Below are positions 10,314 through 20,775 of a DNA stretch of 64,000 bases, in pieces. The stretch lies in contig CAXXLX010000002.1 of NCBI GenBank assembly GCA_963665235.2, forward strand, positions 834,820 through 898,819, in the 5' to 3' direction. The notes under the pieces are model-generated. The model ran no database searches and had not been told where the DNA came from. It saw nothing but the letters and a program-made list of their open reading frames with translations. The translations under genes and the position numbers were made by a program. Position 1 is the first letter of the stretch. The number at the start of each line of letters is the position of its first letter. Source of the stretch: Candidatus Poribacteria bacterium. GTDB lineage: Bacteria > Poribacteria > WGA-4E > WGA-3G.

Positions 10314-10465
10314 CAATGCCTCCGATTCCGCTGCTGCTTTTTGCACGAACGAGAGATGTGCTGTAGAAGCGGAATGTTTTTACGCTGAATATTCAAAAAT
10401 CTTTCGCGCTATTCTTTGGAAAAAAATATATATCAGATATTATGGTCTCGCGTGGTCTCGCGAAG

Positions 10466-10538
10466 TGCGCCTGGGAGGAATCGAACCCCCGACACGAGGC
10501 TTAGGAAGCCCCTGCTCTATCCCCTGAGCTACAGGCGC
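10466..10538 (-). tRNA. tRNA-Arg (anticodon CCT)
   Basis: Minus strand GCGCCTGTAGCTCAGGGGATAGAGCAGGGGCTTCCTAAGCCTCGTGTCGGGGGTTCGATTCCTCCCAGGCGCA folds into a cloverleaf with T-loop GTTCGA; CCA not fully encoded. Confidence 0.95.
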
Positions 10539-10621
10539 GTTTGTCGGCACACCCCTATAAGGGTGAACGTTGTTGTCCTTGCCGGTTGATTTCACAAATT
10601 GTAATTATACCCCAGTTTTTT

Positions 10622-11137
10622 CTAAAATTCAATGAGAGAAAAGATTTCCTGGTCTCCAAGTTTTTCGCGTCCGTTGAGTTGTGTGAGCTCAATTAAGAGG
10701 GCAATCCCAACTAGGTCCGCGTCAAGTTTTTCAACGAGTTCAACCGAAGCGGCAAGCGTGCCACCTGTAGCTAAAACATCATCACAGATAAGCACGCGGC
10801 TCCCCTTGGGGAACGCGTCTTGATGAATGGCAAGTGTATCGGTGCCGTATTCAAGGTCGTAGGTCGCTTCGTGAGTGTCGAACGGGAGTTTACCGCTTTT
10901 ACGGATGGGAACAAAGGCGGCACCAAGCCGATACGCCAGCGCGGATGCGAAAATGAAACCACGGGCATCAATGCCAACAACTACCTCAATTGACTCGGAT
11001 TCATAACGGTGTGTGAACGCGTCAATTGCGTTCTGGAAAGCGGTACTGTTTCCTAAAAGCGGTGTAATGTCTTTGAATAAGATGCCCGGTTTGGGAAAAT
11101 CGGGTATATCTCGAATAAACGTTGAAAAATCGTGCAT
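10622..11137 (-). CDS. apt: adenine phosphoribosyltransferase
   Basis: IPDFPKPGILFKDITPLL, DARGFIF, YDLEYG, PRPP motif VLICDDVLATGGT. Confidence 0.96.
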   Translation of the reverse strand: MHDFSTFIRDIPDFPKPGILFKDITPLLGNSTAFQNAIDAFTHRYESESIEVVVGIDARGFIFASALAYRLGAAFVPIRKSGKLPFDTHEATYDLEYGTDTLAIHQDAFPKGSRVLICDDVLATGGTLAASVELVEKLDADLVGIALLIELTQLNGREKLGDQEIFSLIEF

Positions 11138-11164
11138 TATCTACCTTTCTTATTATCTCGTCCC

Positions 11165-12217
11165 TTACGAAGATTCCGCATGGGGATGTATCATAATTTT
11201 CATCCCTTTTCGGGATTCCATCGCCTCAAAAGCCTCGTCAATTTCCACAAGCGGGAAGTGATGTGTGATAAGCGGCTGTACCCGAACTAATCCCTTTTCC
11301 AGAAGTCGGACCGCCAACTCATGATGACGCGGGACGCATCCGTGAGACCCGGTGACGAAACACTCCTTGTAATGGATAGTGTTCGATAGAATCTGCATCG
11401 GCCGCATCGTCTTCGGCAACCCGCCGAATAGGTTAACATACCCACGGTGTGCCACCATTTCAACGGCTTGTTCATGCGCCTCAACGGACGCGCAAGTGGT
11501 AACGACAATATCTGGGCCGGCACCATCTGTCTCCTCACGGCATCTTTCAAGCACGTCCTCCTCTTCGGAGGCGATGTAGGTATCCGCTTCATAAAATTTC
11601 GCGAGTTTCATGCGTAATTGACTTCGCTGAATACCGATAACTTTCGTTGCACCCATGATGCGAGCGAGGTCAATCATCATACACCCAATCGGGCCCAGCC
11701 CGATAATTACGACGGTTTTTCCGAGCGACATGTTTACCAACTCAAGCCCATTGATGGCACATGCAAGCGGTTCGGCAAGTGCTGCTTCGTCAAAACTCAG
11801 GCCGGCTCCAAATGGTGTAACCGGGCCCTCTTCCAGAACGAGCTGCGGCAGTTTCATATATTGTGCAAACGCCCCCGGAATTTGGTAACCGATAGCGTAA
11901 TTGATGTGGCAGTTGTTTCCGAGCCCGTTACGGCACCAGTGGCACTGCCCACACGGGACATCCGCACCGATGGAGACACGGTCGCCCTCCTTTACGCGGG
12001 TCACGTTTTTGCCAACCTTTACAATCACACCCGAATTTTCATGTCCAATAATTGTCGGCGGTTTGACACGCGGATTGCCGTGGCGGAAAATACGAACATC
12101 CGACCCGCATATACTGACAGATTCAACACGCATCAAGGCGGAGTCGTTGTCAATTTCTGGTTCCGGAACTTCCTGGACGCTCAAATTTTCGAGGCTTTCA
12201 AGTATAGCCGCTTTCAT
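11165..12217 (-). CDS. Zn-dependent (polyol/L-iditol-like) dehydrogenase, MDR family
   Basis: ICGSD, GHE, structural Zn site CGQCHWC..C, GLGPIG Rossmann motif. Confidence 0.88.
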   Translation of the reverse strand: MKAAILESLENLSVQEVPEPEIDNDSALMRVESVSICGSDVRIFRHGNPRVKPPTIIGHENSGVIVKVGKNVTRVKEGDRVSIGADVPCGQCHWCRNGLGNNCHINYAIGYQIPGAFAQYMKLPQLVLEEGPVTPFGAGLSFDEAALAEPLACAINGLELVNMSLGKTVVIIGLGPIGCMMIDLARIMGATKVIGIQRSQLRMKLAKFYEADTYIASEEEDVLERCREETDGAGPDIVVTTCASVEAHEQAVEMVAHRGYVNLFGGLPKTMRPMQILSNTIHYKECFVTGSHGCVPRHHELAVRLLEKGLVRVQPLITHHFPLVEIDEAFEAMESRKGMKIMIHPHAESS

Positions 12218-12228
12218 ATATTCTCCTT

Positions 12229-13293
12229 TTACGATGGATGAATAAGTACTTTTGCGTAAAATTCGCTTTTATCCCGCATCATGTGCAGTGTTTCTGTGCT
12301 ATTCATCAACGGCACCTTGTGTGTAATCAGGGGTGAGAGGGTTAGCTCACCTGACTCCATCGCTTTCAGCACGGTGCGCCAATCATCGTCGTTACCCGCA
12401 ATGCTATAATCGGAGTTCCACGTGCCTAAGAGGTTCACCTCCCGCCGCATCACTTGTGAAATGAGTGTCGCGGGCAGGGTTACATCTGCAATAGGGTTAC
12501 CGAGTAAAATGACGGTGCCGCTCCGTCTCACACTCCCTAAGGCGTTCAGATAGGTTTGCGGGACACCTGCGGCTTCAATGCACACATGCACCCCCTTACT
12601 ATCTGTTAGTATGTTTATCACGCTAATTACATCTTCAACGCTACTGTTAAAAACATGTTCAAACCCAAGCTGTTGTGCTAATTCAAGCTTCGCGGGGACA
12701 ATATCGAACAGAAAAACGGATGTCGCCCCCATGATTTTTGACCACTGCGCAGCCATTAACCCGATTGGCCCTGCTCCGAAGATTGCAACTGTTTTGCCGA
12801 CGAGCGAATTTTGAGCTCGGCGGAGCGCGTGGAGTGCCACAGCCGCCGGTTCTGTCATCGCCGCCGCTTCTAACGTTACGCCTTCCGGTACAGGAATTAA
12901 GTTCTCTTTCGGTGCAACGACAAATTCGGCAAACGCTCCATCACTTCGGGAGCCGAGATAGCCGTAATCATCACACTGGACATATTTACCTTTTTCACAT
13001 GCGGCACAGTCCCCACACCAAAGCAGTGGGAAAACAACAACAGCATCGCCCGGTGCAAAGTTGCTAACGCCTGAACCGCACGCGTCAACGGTGCCAGCAA
13101 ATTCATGTCCGCACACTGTGGGAAAGCTATAGGTGCCTTTGGCAAAAATTCGCGGAATATCGGAGCCACATACGCCACAGAACCCAATTCGCACACGGAC
13201 CTCCCCTGTAGCAGGGGGGGGAATAGGGATGCGTTCTAGTCGTAAATCCCCAACGCCGTGCAGAACTAAAGCTTCCATCAAATCGCTGCGCAT
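12229..13293 (-). CDS. galactitol-1-phosphate 5-dehydrogenase-like Zn-dependent dehydrogenase
   Basis: GVCGSDIPR, GHEFAG, CGDCAAC..C, YLGSRSDGAFAEF, LLGTWNS; likely start 13293 or 13278 rather than 13416. Confidence 0.8.
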   Translation of the reverse strand: MRSDLMEALVLHGVGDLRLERIPIPPPATGEVRVRIGFCGVCGSDIPRIFAKGTYSFPTVCGHEFAGTVDACGSGVSNFAPGDAVVVFPLLWCGDCAACEKGKYVQCDDYGYLGSRSDGAFAEFVVAPKENLIPVPEGVTLEAAAMTEPAAVALHALRRAQNSLVGKTVAIFGAGPIGLMAAQWSKIMGATSVFLFDIVPAKLELAQQLGFEHVFNSSVEDVISVINILTDSKGVHVCIEAAGVPQTYLNALGSVRRSGTVILLGNPIADVTLPATLISQVMRREVNLLGTWNSDYSIAGNDDDWRTVLKAMESGELTLSPLITHKVPLMNSTETLHMMRDKSEFYAKVLIHPS

Positions 13294-13297
13294 GCCG

Positions 13298-14095
13298 TTA
13301 TCTTTCTCCAAGCGGTTGAGCCTTCCTACAAGCAACGCCTTTGGCGATAGCGGCGTGAATCTGTTTGATATTTTCCGCACGGGTGCCGGATGTGTGGAAA
13401 ACACTGCTGCTTCCACCGACTAAAATATCGGCACCTGCTGCTACCATCTTAGGAATATTCTCGAAACTGACATTGCCATCCACTTCAATTGGAAGGGAGG
13501 TGCCGCGTTCGGCTAAAAATTCCCTGCATTCCGAAATCTTTTGGAGTGTAGCAGGCACCATTTTCTGGCCTGCAAACCCCGGATTTACCGTCATAATTAG
13601 TACAAAGTCCAGCCGCGGAAGCACGTAATCCAACGCAGATAACGGAGTTGCTGGGTTTAGGGCAGCACCTGCTTTGATGCCGTGTTCCTGAATAACCGAC
13701 AAGGTCCTATCGAGATGAACCGCAGATTCAACATGAACTGCTATTTGCTGAACGCCAATTTTTGCAACAGCCTCGACAAAAAAGTCGTTATTTTCTACCA
13801 TCAGGTGAATGTCGAAAGCACAAGTTGTTTTCGGGCGCAGCTGTGCAATCAGCGATAACCCAATCGGCATATTTGGCACGAAGTGGGCATCCATTAAATC
13901 AAAATGGAGCATCGTAATGCCTGCCGTTTCCAATTGCTGAATATCCGCCTCTAAATTACAGAGGTCGGCGCACATGATGGATGGCGACAGTTGAATGGTT
14001 TTATCCGGATGTGTCTGTTGCACTTGGTTCGTTGACTCTTGCGCTCGTTTTAACCGAATATCCGAGGCGTGCCGCTCAGATATACAAGTCAGCAA
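13298..14095 (-). CDS. ribulose-phosphate 3-epimerase family (Rpe/AlsE-like)
   Basis: SPSIMCAD, HFDLMDAHFVPN, DIHLMV, MTVNPGFAGQ, EVDGN; start codon uncertain. Confidence 0.88.
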   Translation of the reverse strand: MLTCISERHASDIRLKRAQESTNQVQQTHPDKTIQLSPSIMCADLCNLEADIQQLETAGITMLHFDLMDAHFVPNMPIGLSLIAQLRPKTTCAFDIHLMVENNDFFVEAVAKIGVQQIAVHVESAVHLDRTLSVIQEHGIKAGAALNPATPLSALDYVLPRLDFVLIMTVNPGFAGQKMVPATLQKISECREFLAERGTSLPIEVDGNVSFENIPKMVAAGADILVGGSSSVFHTSGTRAENIKQIHAAIAKGVACRKAQPLGER

Positions 14096-14131
14096 GATTG
14101 CTCTCCACTCAGTTCAATATTTCATTTGTTA

Positions 14132-14160
14132 ATTATAACATGAAATAGGGGATTTGTCAA
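14132..14160 (-). promoter_or_regulatory. sigma70 promoter of the epimerase/dehydrogenase operon
   Basis: Minus strand TTGACA-17 bp-TATAAT with a TG extension. Confidence 0.75.
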
Positions 14161-14520
14161 ATTTGCAGAAACATTAGAGTGTGTAAAGTTTTTGTACAAA
14201 CCCGGTGTAAATGTTACACTTTTGACACAAAGTGTAACATTCGGTTTCCGGTTCTGAATGTGTCTGAACGCCCGCCCCGTCTATGTTTATAAGCCGTTTT
14301 GCCCTCTATTTTTCGCAACAGAAAAAAAGGGGTTGTGTCATTTCGACCGCCGATTTCAGGTATCTGTCCTGACCACTTTTCGGTCTGTTCTGCCTCCTAT
14401 TTTTTCACACCGTTCCGGTGCATAAGTTACACTTTTGACACACGCTATCGGTGTCTGCTCAGGTTCGTTGCAAACCGTGCCGCTTTCCTCCGAAAAATGT
14501 TTTGGTTTTCTGTTATATTA

Positions 14521-14753
14521 TACCATTTTTATTAATTATTCTATCATTACCGGTTGTTTAGAAATGAAACGGAGAACGGAAGACCCAAACTGGAAGTTTA
14601 TGCTACAAGAATCGCACAAACTGGAAGTTTATGCTACAAGAACCGCACAAACTAAAAGTTTATGCTACAAGGCACAAACTGGAAGTTTATGCTACAAGGC
14701 ACAAACTGGAAGTTTATGCTACAAGAAAGAGACATTTTCAATTAGAAATGGTA
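14521..14753. mobile_element. MITE copy 1 (5 internal REP units)
   Basis: Ends TACCATTT/AAATGGTA, TTA duplicated on both sides, body shared with three other copies. Confidence 0.85.
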
Positions 14754-14937
14754 TTAGTTGCGAACTGTTTGATTTTTCTTCAAAAAAAATATCGTGTGGG
14801 TGCGTAAAGTTTTTGTATTTATGTTACATCTTTTTTGTCCTGCCACCCTTCCACCTATCGCTTTGACAAAACCTTTACCCACCCCTAAAATTGTCCAAAG
14901 TTTAGTAAATATTAAAATCCCTTCAATTTTTCGCAAA

Positions 14938-15020
14938 AATCTTATATTATGATTTTTATCACTTTTTCATAATATGGAATCTTATATTATGATTTTTATC
15001 ACTTTTTCATAATATGGAAT
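14938..15020 (+). repeat. 40-bp direct tandem duplication
   Basis: AATCTTATATTATGATTTTTATCACTTTTTCATAATATGG occurs twice. Confidence 0.8.
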
Positions 15021-15374
15021 AATAACGGTTTTCGGTCAGTGTGCAGCTTCCTTCCTTCTAATCTTTCACCCTTCCCTTTGACGGGACGCACCCCTAAAAT
15101 TGTCTAAAGTTTAGTAACTTGTACAGAAACTTTACACACTCCTATTGGGTATGTAAAGTTTTTGTACCATGATAGAGGGAAGGGTGGAAGTGTGAATTTC
15201 GGGTGTGTTGTCTGAATCGCGGATTTATCGGATTTCGCGGATTTTAAGATGCGTAGCAATAGAAGGTTTGTGATTATGAGCTAGGGTGTTGTGTTTTCTA
15301 TAAAGATACCGCCCCGCTGGGACTAGCTTGTTTGGCACTCGCGCTTCTATAAATATACCGCCCCGCTGGGGCTA

Positions 15375-16605
15375 GTGCTAAGTCATGCGGTAATTGACGG
15401 GTAAAGTTTTTTGAGTTTTATACGTGCATCGTCAGTTGTAAACCGCCAACTTATATCGGCACGTTGTTCGTTTCTTCGGTTTTGCCACGCCCGTATCTCC
15501 TTCTTTAGGGTCTCTTGGTCAGCGATCCGCTTTGAAAGACAGCCGCGGGATAGCACCGATAGTTCAATCTCCGCCATATTCAACCAACTGCCATGCTTCG
15601 GGGTATAGTGAAACTCAAGTCTTTTCGCAATACGCCGGGCTTCAGCCGGTTCAAAAGCTTTATACAGCGAAGCGGTTTTATGTGTGTTGAGATTGTCACA
15701 AACGAGTGTAATCTTTTCAGCCTCCGGAAAATGGACATCCACTAGGTCTCGGCAAATGAAGGCAAAGTCAATGCTTGTGCGTCTGTCGGTTACCTCAACG
15801 TGCCGAAATCCGTCAAAGGGTGCGAAAATCATGAACAGATTACTCACACCATTTCGCTGGTATTGATAATCATATCGGAGCGGAGCCCCTTCAACCATGG
15901 GTAAAGGGCTTCGGGTTTCTTTGATGTGTTGTTTACTTGTTTCATCAACACAAACTACAGGATTTTTGGTATCTTGTGGACGCTGATAGACTTCGAGAAC
16001 ATCCTCCATCGCTGCAACGAACTCCGCATTTGATTCGGGAGGAATACACCATTGCTTTTTTAGCCAAGGGCTAAGTTCGTTTTTTTTAGGACCCGGCGGA
16101 TGGTCTCGTGAGATATGCTATCAAAATGTTCCAACTCCACCATCTTTTCCGCTAACAGCCGAAGCGTCCATCTCGCACACCCCTCTGGCGGTTCCGAGCA
16201 AACTAAAGCGATAAGATGTGCTTCTTTTTCACCATCAAACTTTTTGCCTGGGGTGTCTGAACGCTTTTTCGGGTTGAGTGCGGCTGTGAGGTTTTCAAGC
16301 ACAAAGGCTTTACGGGTTCTCTCAATAGTCGGTATTGAAACTTCAACAGCCTCTTTTATTTTATCATCGGTGTAGGCGGGTCCGAACTCGCCTTCATCGG
16401 CTTTCAATAGGATCCGGGCACGGGTAAGTTTGCGTGCCGATTCTTTCCCAGAAGATATCAGAGTAATGAGATAATCTCGTTGGGACTGATCAAGAATGAC
16501 TTGATATTGTTTTGCTGCCATAATAGACTCCAAGTTATGAATAATCACTTGAGTCTCATGATACCATTTTTATCAATAACTATCAAGCAGCTGTTGACTA
16601 AACAC
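15375..16605 (-). mobile_element. IS630-family element A, copy 1 (1231 bp)
   Basis: Imperfect TIRs GTGCTAAGTCA/TGACTAAACAC; TA duplication within CTAG of a GGGGCTAGCTTG repeat unit; near-identical to 18769-19999. Confidence 0.92.
15383..16521 (-). CDS. IS630 transposase (orfA 16060-16521 plus orfB, joined by a -1 frameshift)
   Basis: HTH orfA RWTLRLLA; an A8C slippery run near 16080 gives KKNELSPWLKKQWCIPP into the DDE domain (CVDE, CDNLNTH, WLNMAEIE). Confidence 0.9.
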
Positions 16606-17660
16606 TAGCTTGTGTTGTGTTGTTGTGTTTTCTATAAATATACCGCCCCGCTGGGACTAGCTTGTTTGGCACTCGCGCTTCTATAAATATACCGCCCCGC
16701 TGGGGCTAGCTTGTGTTGTGTTGTTGTGTTTTCTATAAATATACCGCCCCGCTGGGGCTAGCTTGTCTGGCGTTCACATTAAACATGTCGCCCCGATACC
16801 GCTAGTCCCGTAGGGACGATATATTTATAGAAGCAGATTTTTCGACAACCCCTAGTCCCGTAGGGACGATATATTTATAGAGATTAGTGAAAACGGACAT
16901 TTATTTTCAAACTCACGTTTAAGTACAAAAATTTTACACACCCGTGTAAAGTGGGTGTGTAAAGTTTTTGTACTATGATAGAGGGAAGGATGGAAGATTG
17001 GAAGGGGGGAAGATTGGAAGGGGGGAAGATTGGAAGGGGGGAAGGATGGATTTCGCGCGTGTGTTGTCAGAATGCACGTCGCATTTGGGCGAGTACGCCG
17101 CAAATCGCGGATTAGCGCGGAGGACACGGATTTCGCGGATTTTTAAGGTGCGTAACAATCAAAGTTTTGTGATTGTAGGTTCGGGTGTTGTTCTTTCTAT
17201 AAAACGTGAGTTTGAAAAAAGTTTTGACCTCTTAGCCCAGTATGGGCGGTATGTTTATAGAATACAACGGCTAAAACTCTTAGTCCCAGTATTCGGGCAA
17301 GCAGCCCGCTCTTTAAGGACGATATCTTTATAGAAGCAGCCTTAACGCTAAAACTCTTAGTCCCAGTATTCGGGCAAGCAGCCCGCTCTTTAAGGACGAT
17401 ATCTTTATAGAGGTTCGGGAAAACGGACGTTTATTATCAAGCTCACGTTCTATAAACATACCGCCCCGCTGGGGCTACTTTGTGGTGTGGTTGCGTTTTC
17501 TATAAATATACCGCCCCGCTGGGGAAACCGCGCTTTGGCGCATCGGAGTCTATTTTCTACTGTTTGTATTTGTGTGAGGAACTTAGAGAAAAATCAGAAA
17601 TGCTTTGAAAATCGGGCATCAGGCTCACAGATATTGTCCAAACTATAGTACGTTATAGTA
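16606..17660. repeat. cluster of short palindromic dispersed repeats
   Basis: Several CTATAAATATACCGCCCCGCTGGGGCTAG and TAGTCCCGTAGGGACGATATATTTATAG units, polypurine tract at 16981-17050, direct duplication at 17270-17410. Confidence 0.8.
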
Positions 17661-17792
17661 GAACCTGTAATTATTTTCACACGCGGCGGGAAAGGCACGG
17701 GCTGGGGGACCCAGCCCCTACGACGTTATACCATTTTTATTAATTATTCTATCATTACCGGTTGTTAGAAATGAAACGGAGAACGGAAGACC

Positions 17793-18054
17793 CAAACTAA
17801 AAGTTTATGCTACAATAAAGTGCACAAACTGGAAGTTTATGCTACAATAAAGTGCACAAACTGGAAGTTTATGCTACAATAAAGTGCACAAACTGGAAGT
17901 TTATGCTACAATAAAGTGCACAAACTGGAAGTTTATGCTACAATAAAGTGCACAAACTGGAAGTTTATGCTACAATAAAGTGCACAAACTGGAAGTTTAT
18001 GCTACAATAAAGTGCACAAACTGGAAGTTTATGCTACAATAAAGTGCACAAACT
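17793..18054 (+). repeat. 32-bp tandem array CAAACTGGAAGTTTATGCTACAATAAAGTGCA (8 full units plus an interrupted 9th)
   Basis: Direct reading; linkers are identical, with no unique spacers. Confidence 0.92.
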
Positions 18055-18768
18055 GGATGAAGATTAATTTATTAATTCGGTAATAATCCGACATAGCGTA
18101 GCAATGCTTGTGAGCCGCCTCTAAACTGTGTCATAAAGTCAAGCACCTTGTCTTTGAGGGTCTCCCACTCATCGCAGAGGCGATGGATATGCAGAACCGA
18201 TTGCCGCACCCATCGCCATAACTTCTCAATCGGATTTGTCCACGGCGCATAAGTCGGCAGCTGCACTATTTCAATCGGGAGTTTTGTCAGTTCACCGATT
18301 TTCTCGGAAAGTTTTCCGGTCCAATTCGGCGGGGTCGGTTTCACAAAGGAGACCGATTGCGGCAGCAGTGCCTCCATCAAATTGGCGTGAAAATGTATCG
18401 CCCGATTATCTTGGATAAGATAAATCCGTTGCTTGTCGGGATAGCGTTGGCAAATCTCGGTATAAAATGTATGGAGGGCTACAACTGTGCAGCTTGGCAC
18501 TTGCTGATAAACAACGTCTCCTGTATGGGGGTTCATAGCACCGATACCATAAATAGTTTTATCCGATTGATAACTCTGATGGGCTAATGGCGTTTTTGTC
18601 CCTGTCTGTGCCCAGTCTTTTGCTATAGTGGGGTTTCGGTAAAATGAGAACTCATCTTGATAAAGCACAGCCGTGTTCTGTGGGTTTTGATGGGTCTCTT
18701 CTAAAACTTGCTGTATCCGTTCGATTTTCTTGGCATAGTCTGTATCCGGACTCTGCAAATACAGTCTA

Positions 18769-19999
18769 GTGCTAGGTCATGCGGTAATTGACGGGTAAAG
18801 TTTTTTGAGTTTTATACGTGCATCGTCAGTTGTAAACCGCCAACTTATATCGGCACGTTGTTCGTTTCTTCGGTTTTGCCACGCCCGTATCTCCTTCTTT
18901 AGGGTCTCTTGGTCAGCGATCCGCTTTGAAAGACAGCCGCGGGATAGCACCGATAGTTCAATCTCCGCCATATTCAACCAACTGCCATGCTTCGGGGTAT
19001 AGTGAAACTCAAGTCTTTTCGCAATACGCCGGGCTTCAGCCGGTTCAAAAGCTTTATACAGCGAAGCGGTTTTATGTGTGTTGAGATTGTCACAAACGAG
19101 TGTAATCTTTTCAGCCTCCGGAAAATGGACATCCACTAGGTCTCGGCAAATGAAGGCAAAGTCAATGCTTGTGCGTCTGTCGGTTACCTCAACGTGCCGA
19201 AATCCGTCAAAGGGTGCGAAAATCATGAACAGATTACTCACACCATTTCGCTGGTATTGATAATCATATCGGAGCGGAGCCCCTTCAACCATGGGTAAAG
19301 GGCTTCGGGTTTCTTTGATGTGTTGTTTACTTGTTTCATCAACACAAACTACCGGATTTTTGGTATCTTGTGGACGCTGATAGACTTCGAGAACATCTTC
19401 CATCGCTGCAACGAACTCCGCATTTGATTCGGGAGGAATACACCATTGCTTTTTTAGCCAAGGTCTAAGTTCGTTTTTTTTAGGACCCGGCGTATGGTCT
19501 CGTGAGATATGCTATCAAAATGTTCCAACTCCACCATCTTTTCCGCTAACAGCCGAAGCGTCCATCTCGCACACCCCTCTGGCGGTTCCGAGCAAACTAA
19601 AGCGATAAGATGTGCTTCTTTTTCACCATCAAACTTTTTGCCTGGGGTGTCTGAACGCTTTTTCGGGTTGAGTGCGGCTGTGAGGTTTTCAAGCACAAAG
19701 GCTTTACGGGTTCTCTCAATAGTCGGTATTGAAACTTCAACAGCTTCTTTTATTTTATCATCGGTGTAGGCGGGTCCGAACTCGCCTTCATCGGCTTTCA
19801 ATAGGATCCGGGCACGGGTAAGTTTGCGTGCCGATTCTTTCCCAGAAGATATCAGAGTAATGAGATAATCTCGTTGGGACTGATCAAGAATGACTTGATA
19901 TTGTTTTGCTGCCATAATAGACTCCAAGTTATGAATAATCACTTGAGTCTCATGATACCATTTTTATCAATAACTATCAAGCAGCTGTTGACTAAACAC
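18769..19999 (-). mobile_element. IS630-family element A, copy 2 (1231 bp)
   Basis: Same length and ends as copy 1, TA duplication in CTAG, about six substitutions by eye. Confidence 0.92.
18777..19915 (-). CDS. IS630 transposase (frameshifted orfA/orfB), copy 2
   Basis: orfB protein identical to copy 1; same A8C slippery site. Confidence 0.9.
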
Positions 20000-20672
20000 T
20001 AGCACGCTTATAGCTGATGCCCAGGCGTGAGAAGATTTGATGGATACCCGGCACAGAGATATTAGCAAGCCACGGCACAACCTCGCCAACCGTGCGAAGC
20101 GTCCAGCGCGTTTGATGTGCCTTGACTTGTCCCGGGTCTTGTCCTATAGCCGTCAACGCCTCGGTTTCTGCTTCTTCGGGGGATTTGGGGGCGAACGCGG
20201 GTTTGCGGCCACGGCCCGGTCTATGAAACAATCCTTGAATGCCCTCTTCTTGGTATCGGCGAAGCCAGGCATAAACAGTGTCCGGATCTCGCTTCTTTAG
20301 CAGCCCTTTGAGGGCGACTTTGTGTGGAGAAGTTCCCGCGGCTATCTTTAGCAGGGCAGCCGCACGTTCCCGAAGATAAGCGGGTTCCCCTGTATCGCGG
20401 AGTTCAATCAGTCTTTGGCGTTCATCTTTACTGAGTTCAAGTTCATGGCGTTTTGACATAAGACAATACCTCCTGGGACAATAGGATAACATAAAAACAG
20501 AAATTACCGAATTAATTTCTTAATCTTCATCCAGTTTATGCTACAATAAAGTGCACAAACTGGAAGTTTATGCTACAAGAAAGAGACATTTTCAATTAGA
20601 AATGGTATTATGTGCCAAATTTGCGTAAGTCCTGGTACAAAAACTTTACGCACCCCCCCTCTACAGCAATCC

Positions 20673-20702
20673 TTGACAGTACTTAACCGTTTGTGATATA
20701 CT
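20673..20702 (+). promoter_or_regulatory. putative sigma70 promoter of the sulfatase gene
   Basis: TTGACA-18 bp-TATACT. Confidence 0.55.
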
Positions 20703-20775
20703 GAAGTTGCCAATTAGATAAGGCAGCGTCATCCATTCTCAATAACCAATCCCTAAACACAAGCATAGGATAAAT

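Larger units (their letters stand above)
14177..15141. mobile_element. non-autonomous element bounded by GRGTGTGTAAAGTTTTTGTAC inverted repeats
   Basis: GAGTGTGTAAAGTTTTTGTAC ... GTACAGAAACTTTACACACTC; further pairs at 15147-16943, 16953-20655 and 36530-37469; an unpaired end at 14798 makes pairing ambiguous. Confidence 0.55.
18072..20459 (-). pseudogene. IS630 element B transposase interrupted by element A
   Basis: Removing 18769-19999 and one TA restores ...GISYKRA-R-LYLQSPD... in frame (384 aa); DDE residues in YQDE, QDNRAIH, NPIEKLW; GGAGG RBS. Confidence 0.9.
18055..20532 (-). mobile_element. IS630-family element B (about 1245 bp once element A is removed)
   Basis: 30-bp TIRs GGATGAAGATTAATTTATTAATTCGGTAAT / ATTACCGAATTAATTTCTTAATCTTCATCC. 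Confidence 0.88.
17729..20607. mobile_element. MITE copy 2 (10 REP units), carrying two nested IS630 elements
   Basis: TTA|TACCATTT at 17729 and AAATGGTA|TTA at 20607; the array resumes in register after the IS. Confidence 0.85.

Noticed and set aside
10466-10538. tRNA-anchored genomic island
   Set aside because: Flanked by housekeeping secD and apt; no integrase or duplicated tRNA 3' end seen
14299-14936. Short ORFs across repeat DNA (also 16852-17333, 36478-37521, 43582-43764)
   Set aside because: Low-complexity translations of MITE, REP and polypurine repeats with no coding features
17793-18054. CRISPR array
   Set aside because: Pure 32-bp tandem repeat inside a MITE, with no spacers
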